DNA of 64,000 nt. It comes from Candidatus Hodarchaeota archaeon. GTDB lineage: Archaea > Asgardarchaeota > Lokiarchaeia > Sigyniarchaeales > SOKP01. Shown piece by piece: positions 40,755 to 50,437 of the stretch. The stretch is from NCBI GenBank assembly GCA_048886685.1, contig JBHLKM010000009.1, forward strand, positions 1-64,000. The letters run 5' to 3'. The notes under the pieces are model-generated. The model was not told the origin of the DNA, searched no databases, and worked only from the letters and a program-made list of their open reading frames with translations. Made by a program: the position numbers and the translations under genes. Each line of letters opens with the position of its first letter. Position 1 is the first letter of the stretch.

Positions 40755-40933
40755 GTTTCAAAAATAATTACACAATTTCTTTTATTTTTTTCTTTTATGA
40801 TCTGAGAAAAAGGATTAAAGGTTTTTCTAAAAATCACTTCTCATTGAATAAATAAACAACAATGAAGTTGAATTAAAATAATTAATAAATTATTAGAAAT
40901 AAAAGTTAATTAAAAATTATAATTTAATGAAAA

Positions 40934-41791
40934 GTGGTAAAAATGACTAGTTTAAATTTAGAGGTTATCGGAAAAGAAACGGAAGAATTGACCTTTAAAT
41001 ACACTTGGAGAGATGTAGTCCTCTATAATTTGGGAATTGGTGCTCAGCCTGATGAATTACCATTTGTCTATGAACGAACGTCTGGTGGAGTAAAAGTTTT
41101 CCCAAGCTATGCTTGCATAGTTGCCGGGAGGGGATTTGCCGGATTAAAATTGAGTAATAAAGGAATTGATGGTGCCCGGTTTATCCATGGAGAACAAATG
41201 ATCAAATTATATAAGCCCTTTCCAACAGAGGGAGAAATAATAGTCAAAGGAGTATGCGAGAATATATATGATAAAACAAAAGCTGCAGTTATACATTCTA
41301 AAATATCTGGTAGAATGCCTGATGGTACACAAATCTTTGACACGAAATATGTTCATTTTTATATTGGTGAAGGTGGTTGGGGGGGAGATCGTGGCCCAAA
41401 AGCAGAACCACTAGATCCTCCTGAAGGTAAAGAACCAAATTTCAGTATATCATATAAAACTAATATAAATCAAGCTGCCTTGTATAGATTAAATGGTGAT
41501 CTCAACCCTTTGCATTTAGATCCAGAATTTGCTAAGAGAAGTGGTAGATTTGACAAACCAATCCTTCATGGCTTATGTACTTATGGTTATGCAACTCGAG
41601 CGATAGTTTATGGTCTTTGCGATGGAGATGTTTCTCGTTTCAAAGAATTTAAAGCAAGATTTACCAGCGAAGTATATCCTGGTGAGACATTAACGACTTC
41701 GGGTTGGAAAGATAATGGACGTTATATAATTCAAGTGAAAACTGAAAGAGGAGCAACTGTACTTGGTAATGCCTATGCTATCGTAGAATAA
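40934..41791 (+). CDS. MaoC double-hotdog (R)-specific enoyl-CoA hydratase 2 (paralogue 2)
   Basis: HGEQ, YRLNGDLNPLHLD, PILHGLCT; highly similar to the upstream gene. Confidence 0.92.
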   Translation: MVKMTSLNLEVIGKETEELTFKYTWRDVVLYNLGIGAQPDELPFVYERTSGGVKVFPSYACIVAGRGFAGLKLSNKGIDGARFIHGEQMIKLYKPFPTEGEIIVKGVCENIYDKTKAAVIHSKISGRMPDGTQIFDTKYVHFYIGEGGWGGDRGPKAEPLDPPEGKEPNFSISYKTNINQAALYRLNGDLNPLHLDPEFAKRSGRFDKPILHGLCTYGYATRAIVYGLCDGDVSRFKEFKARFTSEVYPGETLTTSGWKDNGRYIIQVKTERGATVLGNAYAIVE

Positions 41792-41981
41792 TTTATGCAT
41801 TTTTATCTTTTTTATTTTTATGGGCAATTTATTTAACCGAGAGTGTGATATAGCAAGACTGTCGCAAAGTCTTTTAAGCAAGAAAGATTTCTTATTTCTC
41901 ATTAAAAAATTATCCAATAAAAATTAGTGAAAAGTTCCAACTTCACTTTTAAGATTCACATATATTAATATATGTACACGT

Positions 41982-42335
41982 TTGTTTTCATACTCATTTT
42001 CCGATGAATTGAAGATTGATGATGACGTTTTCGGGAGTTTTCTGTCTGCCTTTACTACATTTAGCAATAAAATTTTCTCTGAAGGGCTTGATCGAGCCAA
42101 ATTTGGGCATTACACAGTGCTATTGGACAAAGCAGACACATTCTCAATCTGCTATTTATTCAAAGACCAAACTTATATCGCCAAAAAAAAATTGTCAGAC
42201 TTTACAGAAAGCCTTCAAAGCAATGCTTTCATAATGAAAACATTAAATAAATATTATCAGATAAATCAAGTTATAGAAATAAAGGATTTTTCATTTTTGG
42301 AAAGTTTTATCAATCAAGTTTTTACGGATAATTAA
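41982..42335 (+). pseudogene. Longin-like domain fragment, probably a 5'-truncated remnant
   Basis: FSYSF....DDDVFGSFLSAFTTFS..IF..GLDRAKFG.YTVL....F.ICYLF is longin-like but lacks the first beta-strand; TTG start; the upstream in-frame sequence is not similar. Confidence 0.55.
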
Positions 42336-42425
42336 GTTTATCTTATGACAAATTCAATATTAAATAAGGAATTTTAAAATTATTTTAAGATAAAATAAAA
42401 AAGAATGAAAAATAGGTTTAGGTCA

Positions 42426-43553
42426 TTAATTTTTGCGAGGGGGGAGCATTCTTACCATTCTCGGACCTTCGATAAGAGAAATTGCATTTTCAGGACAATG
42501 ATAGGCACATACACCGCATCCAGCACAGTATTCCTCAATCCTTTCTGCTTTATCGTTATCATTCAACTCAATAGCTTTATTAAAGCATAAATCTACACAG
42601 TTACCGCATCCTATACATAGGTCTTGATCGATTTCGGCTAAATAATTTGTTTCATTGACTACAGGAAAAATTAAGCAATCTCGCGCAGTCATGCAACAAC
42701 AGCTACAGCAATTACAGATTGCAACTTCCTCGGCTGCGGAATTACCATATTTATGATAGGCTTTATGAACTAAGCCTGCATCTTCACATTTTTTAAGGAT
42801 TTCCAATGCTTCCTCTTTTGATACCATTTTGGAGAAGCCATGATTAGAAGTATGTCTTGCTGATTTCCCTAAAGTCATACAACTTGGTGTAATTTCGATC
42901 ATCTTACAGGGGTTACCCAGAAATTCTTGATGATTACGACAATAACAATTTCCTACAGCAATATCATCATACTTTTCAATTAGCTCCCTGATTTTTTGAG
43001 TTGGTAATATTTTTTCTTCTGGAACTTCTAATTCTTCATTTATAATAACATTAATCTCTTCACCAGTTTCTAAATCTTCTAAAATCGGGACTGTACGATC
43101 CATTGCTGGCATACGACTTAATGCCGCACTAAATCCATCATATTGAGATTGGACAATTTCGGCATGTTCCTCATTCAATTTGCCAAATAACTGTGCGATT
43201 CTGTAATTTTCCTCAGTTTTTTCAAGATCGTTCATAAAAATATATTCAAATTGTCTGTGAAGAGGGAATAATTGATATACCATTACACCACTGCGATTAG
43301 GTTGGTTAATTATTACACCCTTTTTTGCTAAAACATCCGCTTTCTTCAAAATCTCTTCTTCAGATAACCCGCTACTCTCCTTTAATTGTTCCATTGTTTG
43401 GGAGATTTGATTTTCAAAAGCCATAATAAAATCCAGATTTTCATCTTTAATAGTGTATTTTAAAATTTCATGTACAGTTTCTGAAAATGGGAATTGAAAG
43501 CCTCCTGCTTTAAACAATATTTTAAGAGCTTTTTGATATTCAGCTTCACTCAT
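42426..43553 (-). CDS. 4Fe-4S dicluster protein with Cys-rich central domain
   Basis: CYCR..C..C, ICNCCSCCC, CIGCGNCVDLC, CAGCGVCAYHCP. Confidence 0.88.
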   Translation of the reverse strand: MSEAEYQKALKILFKAGGFQFPFSETVHEILKYTIKDENLDFIMAFENQISQTMEQLKESSGLSEEEILKKADVLAKKGVIINQPNRSGVMVYQLFPLHRQFEYIFMNDLEKTEENYRIAQLFGKLNEEHAEIVQSQYDGFSAALSRMPAMDRTVPILEDLETGEEINVIINEELEVPEEKILPTQKIRELIEKYDDIAVGNCYCRNHQEFLGNPCKMIEITPSCMTLGKSARHTSNHGFSKMVSKEEALEILKKCEDAGLVHKAYHKYGNSAAEEVAICNCCSCCCMTARDCLIFPVVNETNYLAEIDQDLCIGCGNCVDLCFNKAIELNDNDKAERIEEYCAGCGVCAYHCPENAISLIEGPRMVRMLPPRKN

Positions 43554-43788
43554 TTTTTACCATCGAATAATACTTTTTTTGTAGGTTATTATTTTTTTTA
43601 ATACTTTATTAAAACTGGTATGATAATAAAATTTTATTTTTTATCTTGATAACCATCTTGCGGTTTCTTTAAACTTCAAATAAATGGTAAAAGAATTAAA
43701 TAGTACAATAATCAAATTTAATTAATACGAATTAAATACTAACAAGTTTTCAATTATTATTAGTTTAGATTTGAAGGTGATATTGTTT

Positions 43789-44571
43789 ATGAGTCCAGAA
43801 TATAAGACAATTATCTATGAGAAAAAAGGTAAGGTGGCGTTAATTACACTTAATCGTCCTGAGAGAATGAATGCTATCAATGTACAAATGAATGCAGATT
43901 TGAAAGATTCATTGAAAATAGCTAAGGAAGATTCCGAGGTAAGAGTAATAGTTATAACAGGATCAGGAAAAGCGTTTTGTGCAGGCGCAGACGTTCAGGA
44001 GTTTGCTAGCGGGAAATTTAGGGAAAAAATCGCTGGAGGGAGTGTAACTATCCATCCATATGATTTTTTTAGATTATATAAGCCTATTATTGCGGCAGTG
44101 AATGGTGTAGCAGTCGGATTTGGTACTAATTTAACGTTAAGTTGCGATGTTATTTATGCTTCAGAGAAGGCGAGTTTTGGAGAATTCTTTATTCGAATGG
44201 GATTAATTCCAGATATGAATGGCAGTTTTCTACTCCCTAAGTTTATTGGAGTTCATAAAGCGAAGGAACTTATATTTAGTGGCAAACGCATATTTGCTGA
44301 GGAAGCTTATAAGATTGGATTAGTTAACGCAGTATTTCCCCACGAAGAACTATTACCTAAGACAATGGAATTTGCTAATCATCTAGCGGAACAAGCACCA
44401 CTTGCATTAGCTCTCTCGAAAGAAGCAATACATAGAGGTTATGATAAGATTTTTGATGAAATGTTAAAAGTTGAAGGGGAATTTAATGCCAGATGTTATG
44501 CCTCCGAAGACCATAAGGAAGCGGCTACTGCTTTTGTTGAAAAACGCAAGCCTGTTTTTAAGGGACGATAA
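43789..44571 (+). CDS. Crotonase superfamily, PaaG-like isomerase type
   Basis: LNRPERMNA, FCAGAD, GVAVGFG; both hydratase Glu absent; GLIPD Asp present; AGGTGA SD before ATG 43789. Confidence 0.88.
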   Translation: MSPEYKTIIYEKKGKVALITLNRPERMNAINVQMNADLKDSLKIAKEDSEVRVIVITGSGKAFCAGADVQEFASGKFREKIAGGSVTIHPYDFFRLYKPIIAAVNGVAVGFGTNLTLSCDVIYASEKASFGEFFIRMGLIPDMNGSFLLPKFIGVHKAKELIFSGKRIFAEEAYKIGLVNAVFPHEELLPKTMEFANHLAEQAPLALALSKEAIHRGYDKIFDEMLKVEGEFNARCYASEDHKEAATAFVEKRKPVFKGR

Positions 44572-44572
44572 A

Positions 44573-44593
44573 TTTTTTTTCTTTTTTTTTTTT
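44573..44593 (+). terminator. Oligo-T archaeal-type terminator
   Basis: T8-C-T12 tract immediately after the stop codon. Confidence 0.55.
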
Positions 44594-44696
44594 CCATTTT
44601 ATTTAAGTAAGACAAAAAGATATGAAAATATTTATTTAATCAATAAATTTCAACATTATATTCGTAAAATTTTAAACTAAAAAGAGAAAAAGAAGT

Positions 44697-46028
44697 ATGA
44701 AAGAAACAAGGGAAGTATATTTAGTAGACCATCTAAGGACACCATTTTCCCTATCAAATCCTCTGGAACCCGATAATGATGTTTTTAGTAAGAAGTGGGG
44801 AACTGAACTTGCAGCTCATGTCTTGACAGAAATGTTTGATAACCGAATACCCAATAAAGGTAGTACACTCAAGCGTGAGAATGTTAGCGAGGTTTTGGTT
44901 GGTAGTGCTTTATTGCAACATGAGCATGGGACATATGGGGGAAGAATACCTGGCTGGATGGCAAAATTTCCCTTCCATGTGCCTGCAACGGTATTCGACA
45001 AGCAAGACGGTTCCGGTATGACAACTTTGCATGTTGGATTTGGAAATATTTCAATGGGTTATTCCGATATGGTAGTAAATGTGGGTTTTGATCAATTTAC
45101 TCGTGTACCATTACATAGTTACGGTGGAAAAGTAGAAGTATTTGGATGGCCTCCAGATAAACTTATGCTTGATCCAGAGAGTAAATGGTATAACGACGAT
45201 TTATATGACTGGAAAACGAGCCGGTTATTATTCCAAACGGCTCAAAAACTTGCGGAGGAAGAAGCAGATCTTTTCACTAAAGATGAAATGGATAAATTTA
45301 GTTTTCGAAGTCACAATTTAGCAGAAAAAGCTCAGGAAGAAGGATATTTCAAGGAAGAGATAATGGCTATTCAAGGTCATAAAGTTGGAGAAGCTGAAAA
45401 TGAAATTGAGATCACAGAAGATCTATCAATTAGGAAAGGCATTACTTTAGAAGATATTGCTAATATGCCCCCCATAAGCACTCCAGGATGGGCAGGTGGC
45501 TATAAAAATCCCATATTTTCCAAGGAAGCATATGTTACAAAATTTGGAACAGAAAAAGGGATTATAACAGTAGGAAATAGTTCCCCATTATGCGATGGGG
45601 CTTCACTTTGTTTATTAGCTTCTAAAAAAGCACTTGAAGATTACAACTTGAACCCTATGGTTAAAGTTATCTCAATTGGTTTTGCAGGAGTAGATCCAAC
45701 AGTACGAGGACGAGGTGTAGTACCAGCATCCCAAATGGCTTTAGAGCATGCAAATTTAAAAGTTGATGATATTGATTATTGGGAAATCAATGAGAGCTTC
45801 AGTATCGTAGCACTTCACGCTGCGAATAAACTAGGAATCGATTGGGAAAATAAAATGAATATTCATGGAGGAGCAATAGCGATAGGGAATCCAGCATCCG
45901 CCACAGGATTGAGAATTACAACAACCTTAGCCAGAATTCTTAAAGAAAAAAAAGCAAAATATGGCCTTGCTGCCATGTCATGTGGTGGGGGTCAAGGAGC
46001 TGCAGTAGTAATCGAGAATTTAGATTAA
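44697..46028 (+). CDS. Thiolase-fold protein lacking all catalytic residues (pseudo-thiolase)
   Basis: KQDGS (Cys to Asp104), GNP (His to Asn398), SCGGG (Cys to Ser428), NESF; full-length uninterrupted ORF. Confidence 0.9.
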   Translation: MKETREVYLVDHLRTPFSLSNPLEPDNDVFSKKWGTELAAHVLTEMFDNRIPNKGSTLKRENVSEVLVGSALLQHEHGTYGGRIPGWMAKFPFHVPATVFDKQDGSGMTTLHVGFGNISMGYSDMVVNVGFDQFTRVPLHSYGGKVEVFGWPPDKLMLDPESKWYNDDLYDWKTSRLLFQTAQKLAEEEADLFTKDEMDKFSFRSHNLAEKAQEEGYFKEEIMAIQGHKVGEAENEIEITEDLSIRKGITLEDIANMPPISTPGWAGGYKNPIFSKEAYVTKFGTEKGIITVGNSSPLCDGASLCLLASKKALEDYNLNPMVKVISIGFAGVDPTVRGRGVVPASQMALEHANLKVDDIDYWEINESFSIVALHAANKLGIDWENKMNIHGGAIAIGNPASATGLRITTTLARILKEKKAKYGLAAMSCGGGQGAAVVIENLD

Positions 46029-46070
46029 AAAAAATATGATGTAAAAATAATAAAAAGAGGTTAAAAAAAA

Positions 46071-47375
46071 ATGAAAATAAGAGATGTATATATAACAGAT
46101 TATATAAGAACTCCATTTTCAAGATCTCGGCCAAGAGAACCGCCAAGGGATGTTTTTGGAAATTTGCGTCCTGATGAATTGACTGCGTTAACTTTAATCG
46201 AAATGTTTGACAATCGATTAAAAGATAAAGTTACACCTGAAGATGTCGATGAGTTTTATATAGGAGCTACTCATTTCAATTATGAATACGTTACACTTGG
46301 AGGAAGATATCCTATATTTTTAGCGAAATTTCCGACCAAGGTATCCTCTGTTGCATTAGATAGACAATGTGGTTCAGGAATGACCTGCGCTTCCTTAGGA
46401 TATAATAATATTGCAATGGGATACTCTGATGTTGTAATAGCTTCCGGGAAAAATAATGCTACTATGTCAAGATCAAAACGTCCAACCATGAGAGAGTTAT
46501 CCCCAGCGATGAAGAAAGGTCATGAATTTTTTATTGATGATGTTGTTGATTTCCGTTGTTCGGGTTCAATGTTACAAACCGCCCAAAAACTCCATGAAAT
46601 GGACGCTGACATATTCAATAAAGAAGATAACGATAGGTTTTCAGTTCGTAGTCATCAATTAGCTTCAAAAGGTCAGGAGGATGGCTTTTTCAAAGGGGAA
46701 ATTGTCCCTATTATGGCACATGCAGAAGGTGATGAAGATACTCCATTGTTAATTGAACATGATACATCAGTACGAAAAAATGCTACATACGAAGGAACAC
46801 GAGATTTAAGGGGATTAACTACACCTGGTTGGGCTGGTGGATACTATAGACCACTCATGACCAAAGAAGAATATGTTAAAGCGTTCGACACAGAACAAGG
46901 TTTAGTAACTGCAGGGAATTCATGCCCTATAAACGCGGGGGCCGCAACGTTATTGCTAATGTCAGAAGATGCTATGATAAACCATGAACTAGACCCATTA
47001 GCACGTATTGTTTCAAATGGTTTCGGAGCAGTAGATCCTACTGTTATGGGGAGAGGTCCAGTTCCAGCGTCGCAGATGGCACTAAAACATGCAGGGTTAA
47101 CAGTTGATGATATTGATTATTTTGAAATCAATGAGGCATTTGCTATTGTAGGTCTAAACTGGGTCCATGAGATGGGTTTAGATGATCGAATGGATGATAT
47201 AAATATATATGGTGGAGGAATCTCAATAGGACACCCAATAGCGGCAACAGGTCCAAGAATAGTTGGGACCTTAGCAAGAATCCTTAAAAAGAAAAACGCG
47301 AAATATGGTCTCGCTACAATGTGTTGTGGCGGGGGTCAGGGAACTGCAATGATTATTGAAAATCCAGACGCGTGA
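46071..47375 (+). CDS. Thiolase, catalytic residues intact
   Basis: RQCGS, NEAF, GHP, CCGGG. Confidence 0.92.
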   Translation: MKIRDVYITDYIRTPFSRSRPREPPRDVFGNLRPDELTALTLIEMFDNRLKDKVTPEDVDEFYIGATHFNYEYVTLGGRYPIFLAKFPTKVSSVALDRQCGSGMTCASLGYNNIAMGYSDVVIASGKNNATMSRSKRPTMRELSPAMKKGHEFFIDDVVDFRCSGSMLQTAQKLHEMDADIFNKEDNDRFSVRSHQLASKGQEDGFFKGEIVPIMAHAEGDEDTPLLIEHDTSVRKNATYEGTRDLRGLTTPGWAGGYYRPLMTKEEYVKAFDTEQGLVTAGNSCPINAGAATLLLMSEDAMINHELDPLARIVSNGFGAVDPTVMGRGPVPASQMALKHAGLTVDDIDYFEINEAFAIVGLNWVHEMGLDDRMDDINIYGGGISIGHPIAATGPRIVGTLARILKKKNAKYGLATMCCGGGQGTAMIIENPDA

Positions 47376-47382
47376 AATCTTA

Positions 47383-47399
47383 TTTTTTTTATTTTTTTT
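47383..47399 (+). terminator. Oligo-T terminator between convergent genes
   Basis: T8-A-T8 after the thiolase stop. Confidence 0.5.
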
Positions 47400-47445
47400 A
47401 TATTGTTGAACAATAGCTTTTTATTAAAAAAAAGAGTATTTATAT

Positions 47446-48030
47446 CTATAATCTTCTTTTCGGTCTAGGAGGAATATAATATACCTTAGGTTTTGTTCCC
47501 TCCTCAGTTTTAAGTTGAAACGTTCCCTTTTCAGATATTATTTTTGATATCCTACTATTAGAATCATTCAAATCCCCGAAGTGAATTGCTTGTCCTTCAC
47601 AACAAATCACACAAAATGGTTCAAGCCCTTGATCGACTCTTTGAAAACAAAAATTACACTTTCCTGCAATATTAGTATCATCATAGAATACAATGACATT
47701 GTAGGGGCAAGCGGTTAAACATGATTGACAGCCGGTACAAAATTCTGGATCTAATATAACAATCCCATCGTCTCTTTTATAGAGAGCTTCCTCGGTACAA
47801 GAATCAACACAAGGAGGATTCTCACAATGATTACATAGCTTAGGAAGAAAATCCATTGTTAAATTTGGAAAATTTCCTCCTGGAGTATCTTTCACAGCAC
47901 CGCCCTGAGTTTCAACTTTTATCCAGTAATCAGTGGTATTATTTTCAATTTTACACGCTATAGTACACGCTTCACATCCAATGCATCTCTCTTGGTCAAT
48001 AACCATTCCTAATCGTTTGCTATTATTCAT
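47446..48030 (-). CDS. DmsB/NrfC-type 4x[4Fe-4S] subunit
   Basis: CIGCEACTIAC, CNHCENPPC..C, CTGCQSCLTACP, KCNFC..P.C...C; 4-bp overlap with the upstream gene. Confidence 0.92.
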   Translation of the reverse strand: MNNSKRLGMVIDQERCIGCEACTIACKIENNTTDYWIKVETQGGAVKDTPGGNFPNLTMDFLPKLCNHCENPPCVDSCTEEALYKRDDGIVILDPEFCTGCQSCLTACPYNVIVFYDDTNIAGKCNFCFQRVDQGLEPFCVICCEGQAIHFGDLNDSNSRISKIISEKGTFQLKTEEGTKPKVYYIPPRPKRRL

Positions 48031-50291
48031 TTCCTACCACTCTCAATTTTTATAATTTCAACAGCAACATCATTCATATGCATATTTGGTTCATAGACCT
48101 TGTCTTGAACAGGATTAATGATGTCGTGGGTTAGATGATTTAAACTTCCCTCTTTAAACTGTCCTATCCACCAACCTTCCGTAATATCGACTACACCTGG
48201 TTTAACTCCTTCAGATACTCTAGCTTTAAGTGTTGTTCGAGCTCTATCATTATAAACTGTAACTATATCATCCGTTTTTATATTTCGCTTCTCAGCATCA
48301 ATCGGATGAATATCTACCAATGGCTCAGGATTTAACTCAAGCAAAGATTTTACATTTGCAAACATAGAATGTGTGCGAAATCGACTATGACCATTTATAA
48401 GCGTTAAAGGAAATTTTTTGTCCCCCGGCGTAATCGGTGCTTCAATTGGTGGCAAATAGACAGGAAGAGCTTCTCCATCTTCATATAGTTGTTCCGCGTA
48501 CAATTCAATTTTTCCTGAAGGAGTGCGAAATGTAAGAGGGAAACTTGCTCCTTCTGGAAGTGTTGGTAATTTCATAGCTTGCGTTTTCAAGGTTTCCTGA
48601 GTGAATCCATCAAAAGTACGGGTTGCCATGATAAGATCTATTAATCCTTCTTCGCCACCCTTGAAATACTCACCAAATCCAAGACGTTCAGCAAGTTCAG
48701 AAACTATATTCACATCTGATTTAGATTCATATAAAGGTTCAATTACTTTTTGTTGAAGTTGTACATTAGGATAGGGATGTGCTAAAAAATCAGAAAATTC
48801 TAGGAAACTACAAACTGGAAGAAGTAAATCAGCAAATCGAGCAGAGGGTGTCATGAATAATTCTGTTTGTACAATAAAATCTAAATTCGGGTAAAACTTT
48901 TCAATGATTTTATTCGAATTTGCGCATTGATTTAAGAAGTTAATGAAAGCAAACCAGAGTGCCTTTATTGGATATGGCTTTCCAGAAATCACAGCGGCAT
49001 AAAGGTTAAGAATACCCATTCTATGAAAACTTGGTTTATCAGGGATGGCTTTAAGGAATGGATTCCAATTCAGAATTGCAGGTATATAACCCGAACTAAC
49101 TTTCGTGGTCACATTTCCAGTAATGGCAGCAACAGAGATAACTCCTCTTAAAGAGATATCTCCATGGTAAGTTCGTGTAAAACCCATATGAGTTAAAAAT
49201 ATCACTTTTTTTGAATTAGCAATTCTTTTTGCCAACTTAACAATAAGGTCTTTGTCAACACCTGTAATTTCTGCGGTTCTTTCGGGAGTATATTCAACTG
49301 CTAAATCCATTAAAAGTTGAAGTACAGGTTTGCATTCGATACCATTTATACTATAAGTTCCAATTAGACTTGCCTCTTTAGAATTAGATCGAGATAATGT
49401 CTTATGGGAATTAGAAGGCCCATGCCAAATTATATAAGCCTCTGGTTTTTTAGCTTCAACATCTTTTCCACGCAGCATTTTTCCGGTATCATTTCTCACT
49501 AAATATGGTCCATTTGTATGCTCTAAAATGAATTCCTTATTATGTAAATCATTCTGGAATATAACATTCATAATTCCAAGAGCTAACGCACTATCAGTTC
49601 CAGGAAATAGCCCTATATATTCGTCTGCTTTTGATGCAGTAACCGTAAAACGTGGGTCAACAACTATAACTTGAGTTCCAACCTCTTTCGCATCCATAAC
49701 TTTTCTCATATTATGTAAGGGCATGGATTCAGCTGGATTTGTAGCCCATATCATTAACAATTCGGGATATTTTCTCTGCCAAAACTCTCCATGTAAATGC
49801 ATATAAGGAAATTGGTGTCCTAAAATAATTCTACTCCCACATGGTAGGCCTGCATCTCCATATCCCCATGCACTCACACGTGTACTCTGAGTTAAACTAG
49901 CCAATCTTAAATATGCACCAAATTTGGTACTTCCTGCCCCAGGACCCCCTAAAACCCATCCAATCGATTTCCATCCATATTTTTCAGAAATTTCTTTAAA
50001 TTTATTGACGATAATTTCATATGCCTCATCCCAAGATATTCGTTCAAATTTTGCTTCACCCTGCTTACCAACTCGTTTCATTGGATATTTAATACGATCT
50101 GGGTGATAAGTTATATCCAAACTTGTTAAACCTCGTAAACAAATCCTCCGATCCATTTCATCAGGAAAATCAGCAGGCTCCAATTTAACAATACGATCTC
50201 CTTTTAAATGAGCAATTATTCCACAACAATCTATTCCACAATGAGCTGGACATGCTGTTCTTATAAGTTTAACCTCCTCGCTTGCTACCAT
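48027..50291 (-). CDS. Molybdopterin (bis-PGD, DMSO reductase family) oxidoreductase catalytic subunit, no Tat signal
   Basis: CPAHCGIDCC..ICLRG Fe-S, HPDRIKYPMKR..ISWDEA, WATNPAES, VDPR, ADLLLP, TPSGKIE, RTHS. Confidence 0.92.
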   Translation of the reverse strand: MVASEEVKLIRTACPAHCGIDCCGIIAHLKGDRIVKLEPADFPDEMDRRICLRGLTSLDITYHPDRIKYPMKRVGKQGEAKFERISWDEAYEIIVNKFKEISEKYGWKSIGWVLGGPGAGSTKFGAYLRLASLTQSTRVSAWGYGDAGLPCGSRIILGHQFPYMHLHGEFWQRKYPELLMIWATNPAESMPLHNMRKVMDAKEVGTQVIVVDPRFTVTASKADEYIGLFPGTDSALALGIMNVIFQNDLHNKEFILEHTNGPYLVRNDTGKMLRGKDVEAKKPEAYIIWHGPSNSHKTLSRSNSKEASLIGTYSINGIECKPVLQLLMDLAVEYTPERTAEITGVDKDLIVKLAKRIANSKKVIFLTHMGFTRTYHGDISLRGVISVAAITGNVTTKVSSGYIPAILNWNPFLKAIPDKPSFHRMGILNLYAAVISGKPYPIKALWFAFINFLNQCANSNKIIEKFYPNLDFIVQTELFMTPSARFADLLLPVCSFLEFSDFLAHPYPNVQLQQKVIEPLYESKSDVNIVSELAERLGFGEYFKGGEEGLIDLIMATRTFDGFTQETLKTQAMKLPTLPEGASFPLTFRTPSGKIELYAEQLYEDGEALPVYLPPIEAPITPGDKKFPLTLINGHSRFRTHSMFANVKSLLELNPEPLVDIHPIDAEKRNIKTDDIVTVYNDRARTTLKARVSEGVKPGVVDITEGWWIGQFKEGSLNHLTHDIINPVQDKVYEPNMHMNDVAVEIIKIESGRK

Positions 50292-50437
50292 TATAAATCA
50301 TTTCTACTCAATATTTTCAATAGATGTTTTTAAATATGAATAAAGATAATGAAAAAATTGTATTAATTATTATTAGAAAACTTTAATAAAATTACTGTCG
50401 AAATATATAAACTATATAACAAAAAGGTAGAAAAAAC

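Noticed and set aside
41856-41874. AAGACT-N7-AGTCTT hairpin as ncRNA or SECIS
   Set aside because: Only a 6-bp stem; no in-frame UGA seen in the neighbouring genes
48027-50291. Selenocysteine in the Mo-enzyme or other redox genes
   Set aside because: ORFs are full length with no internal TGA at ligand positions
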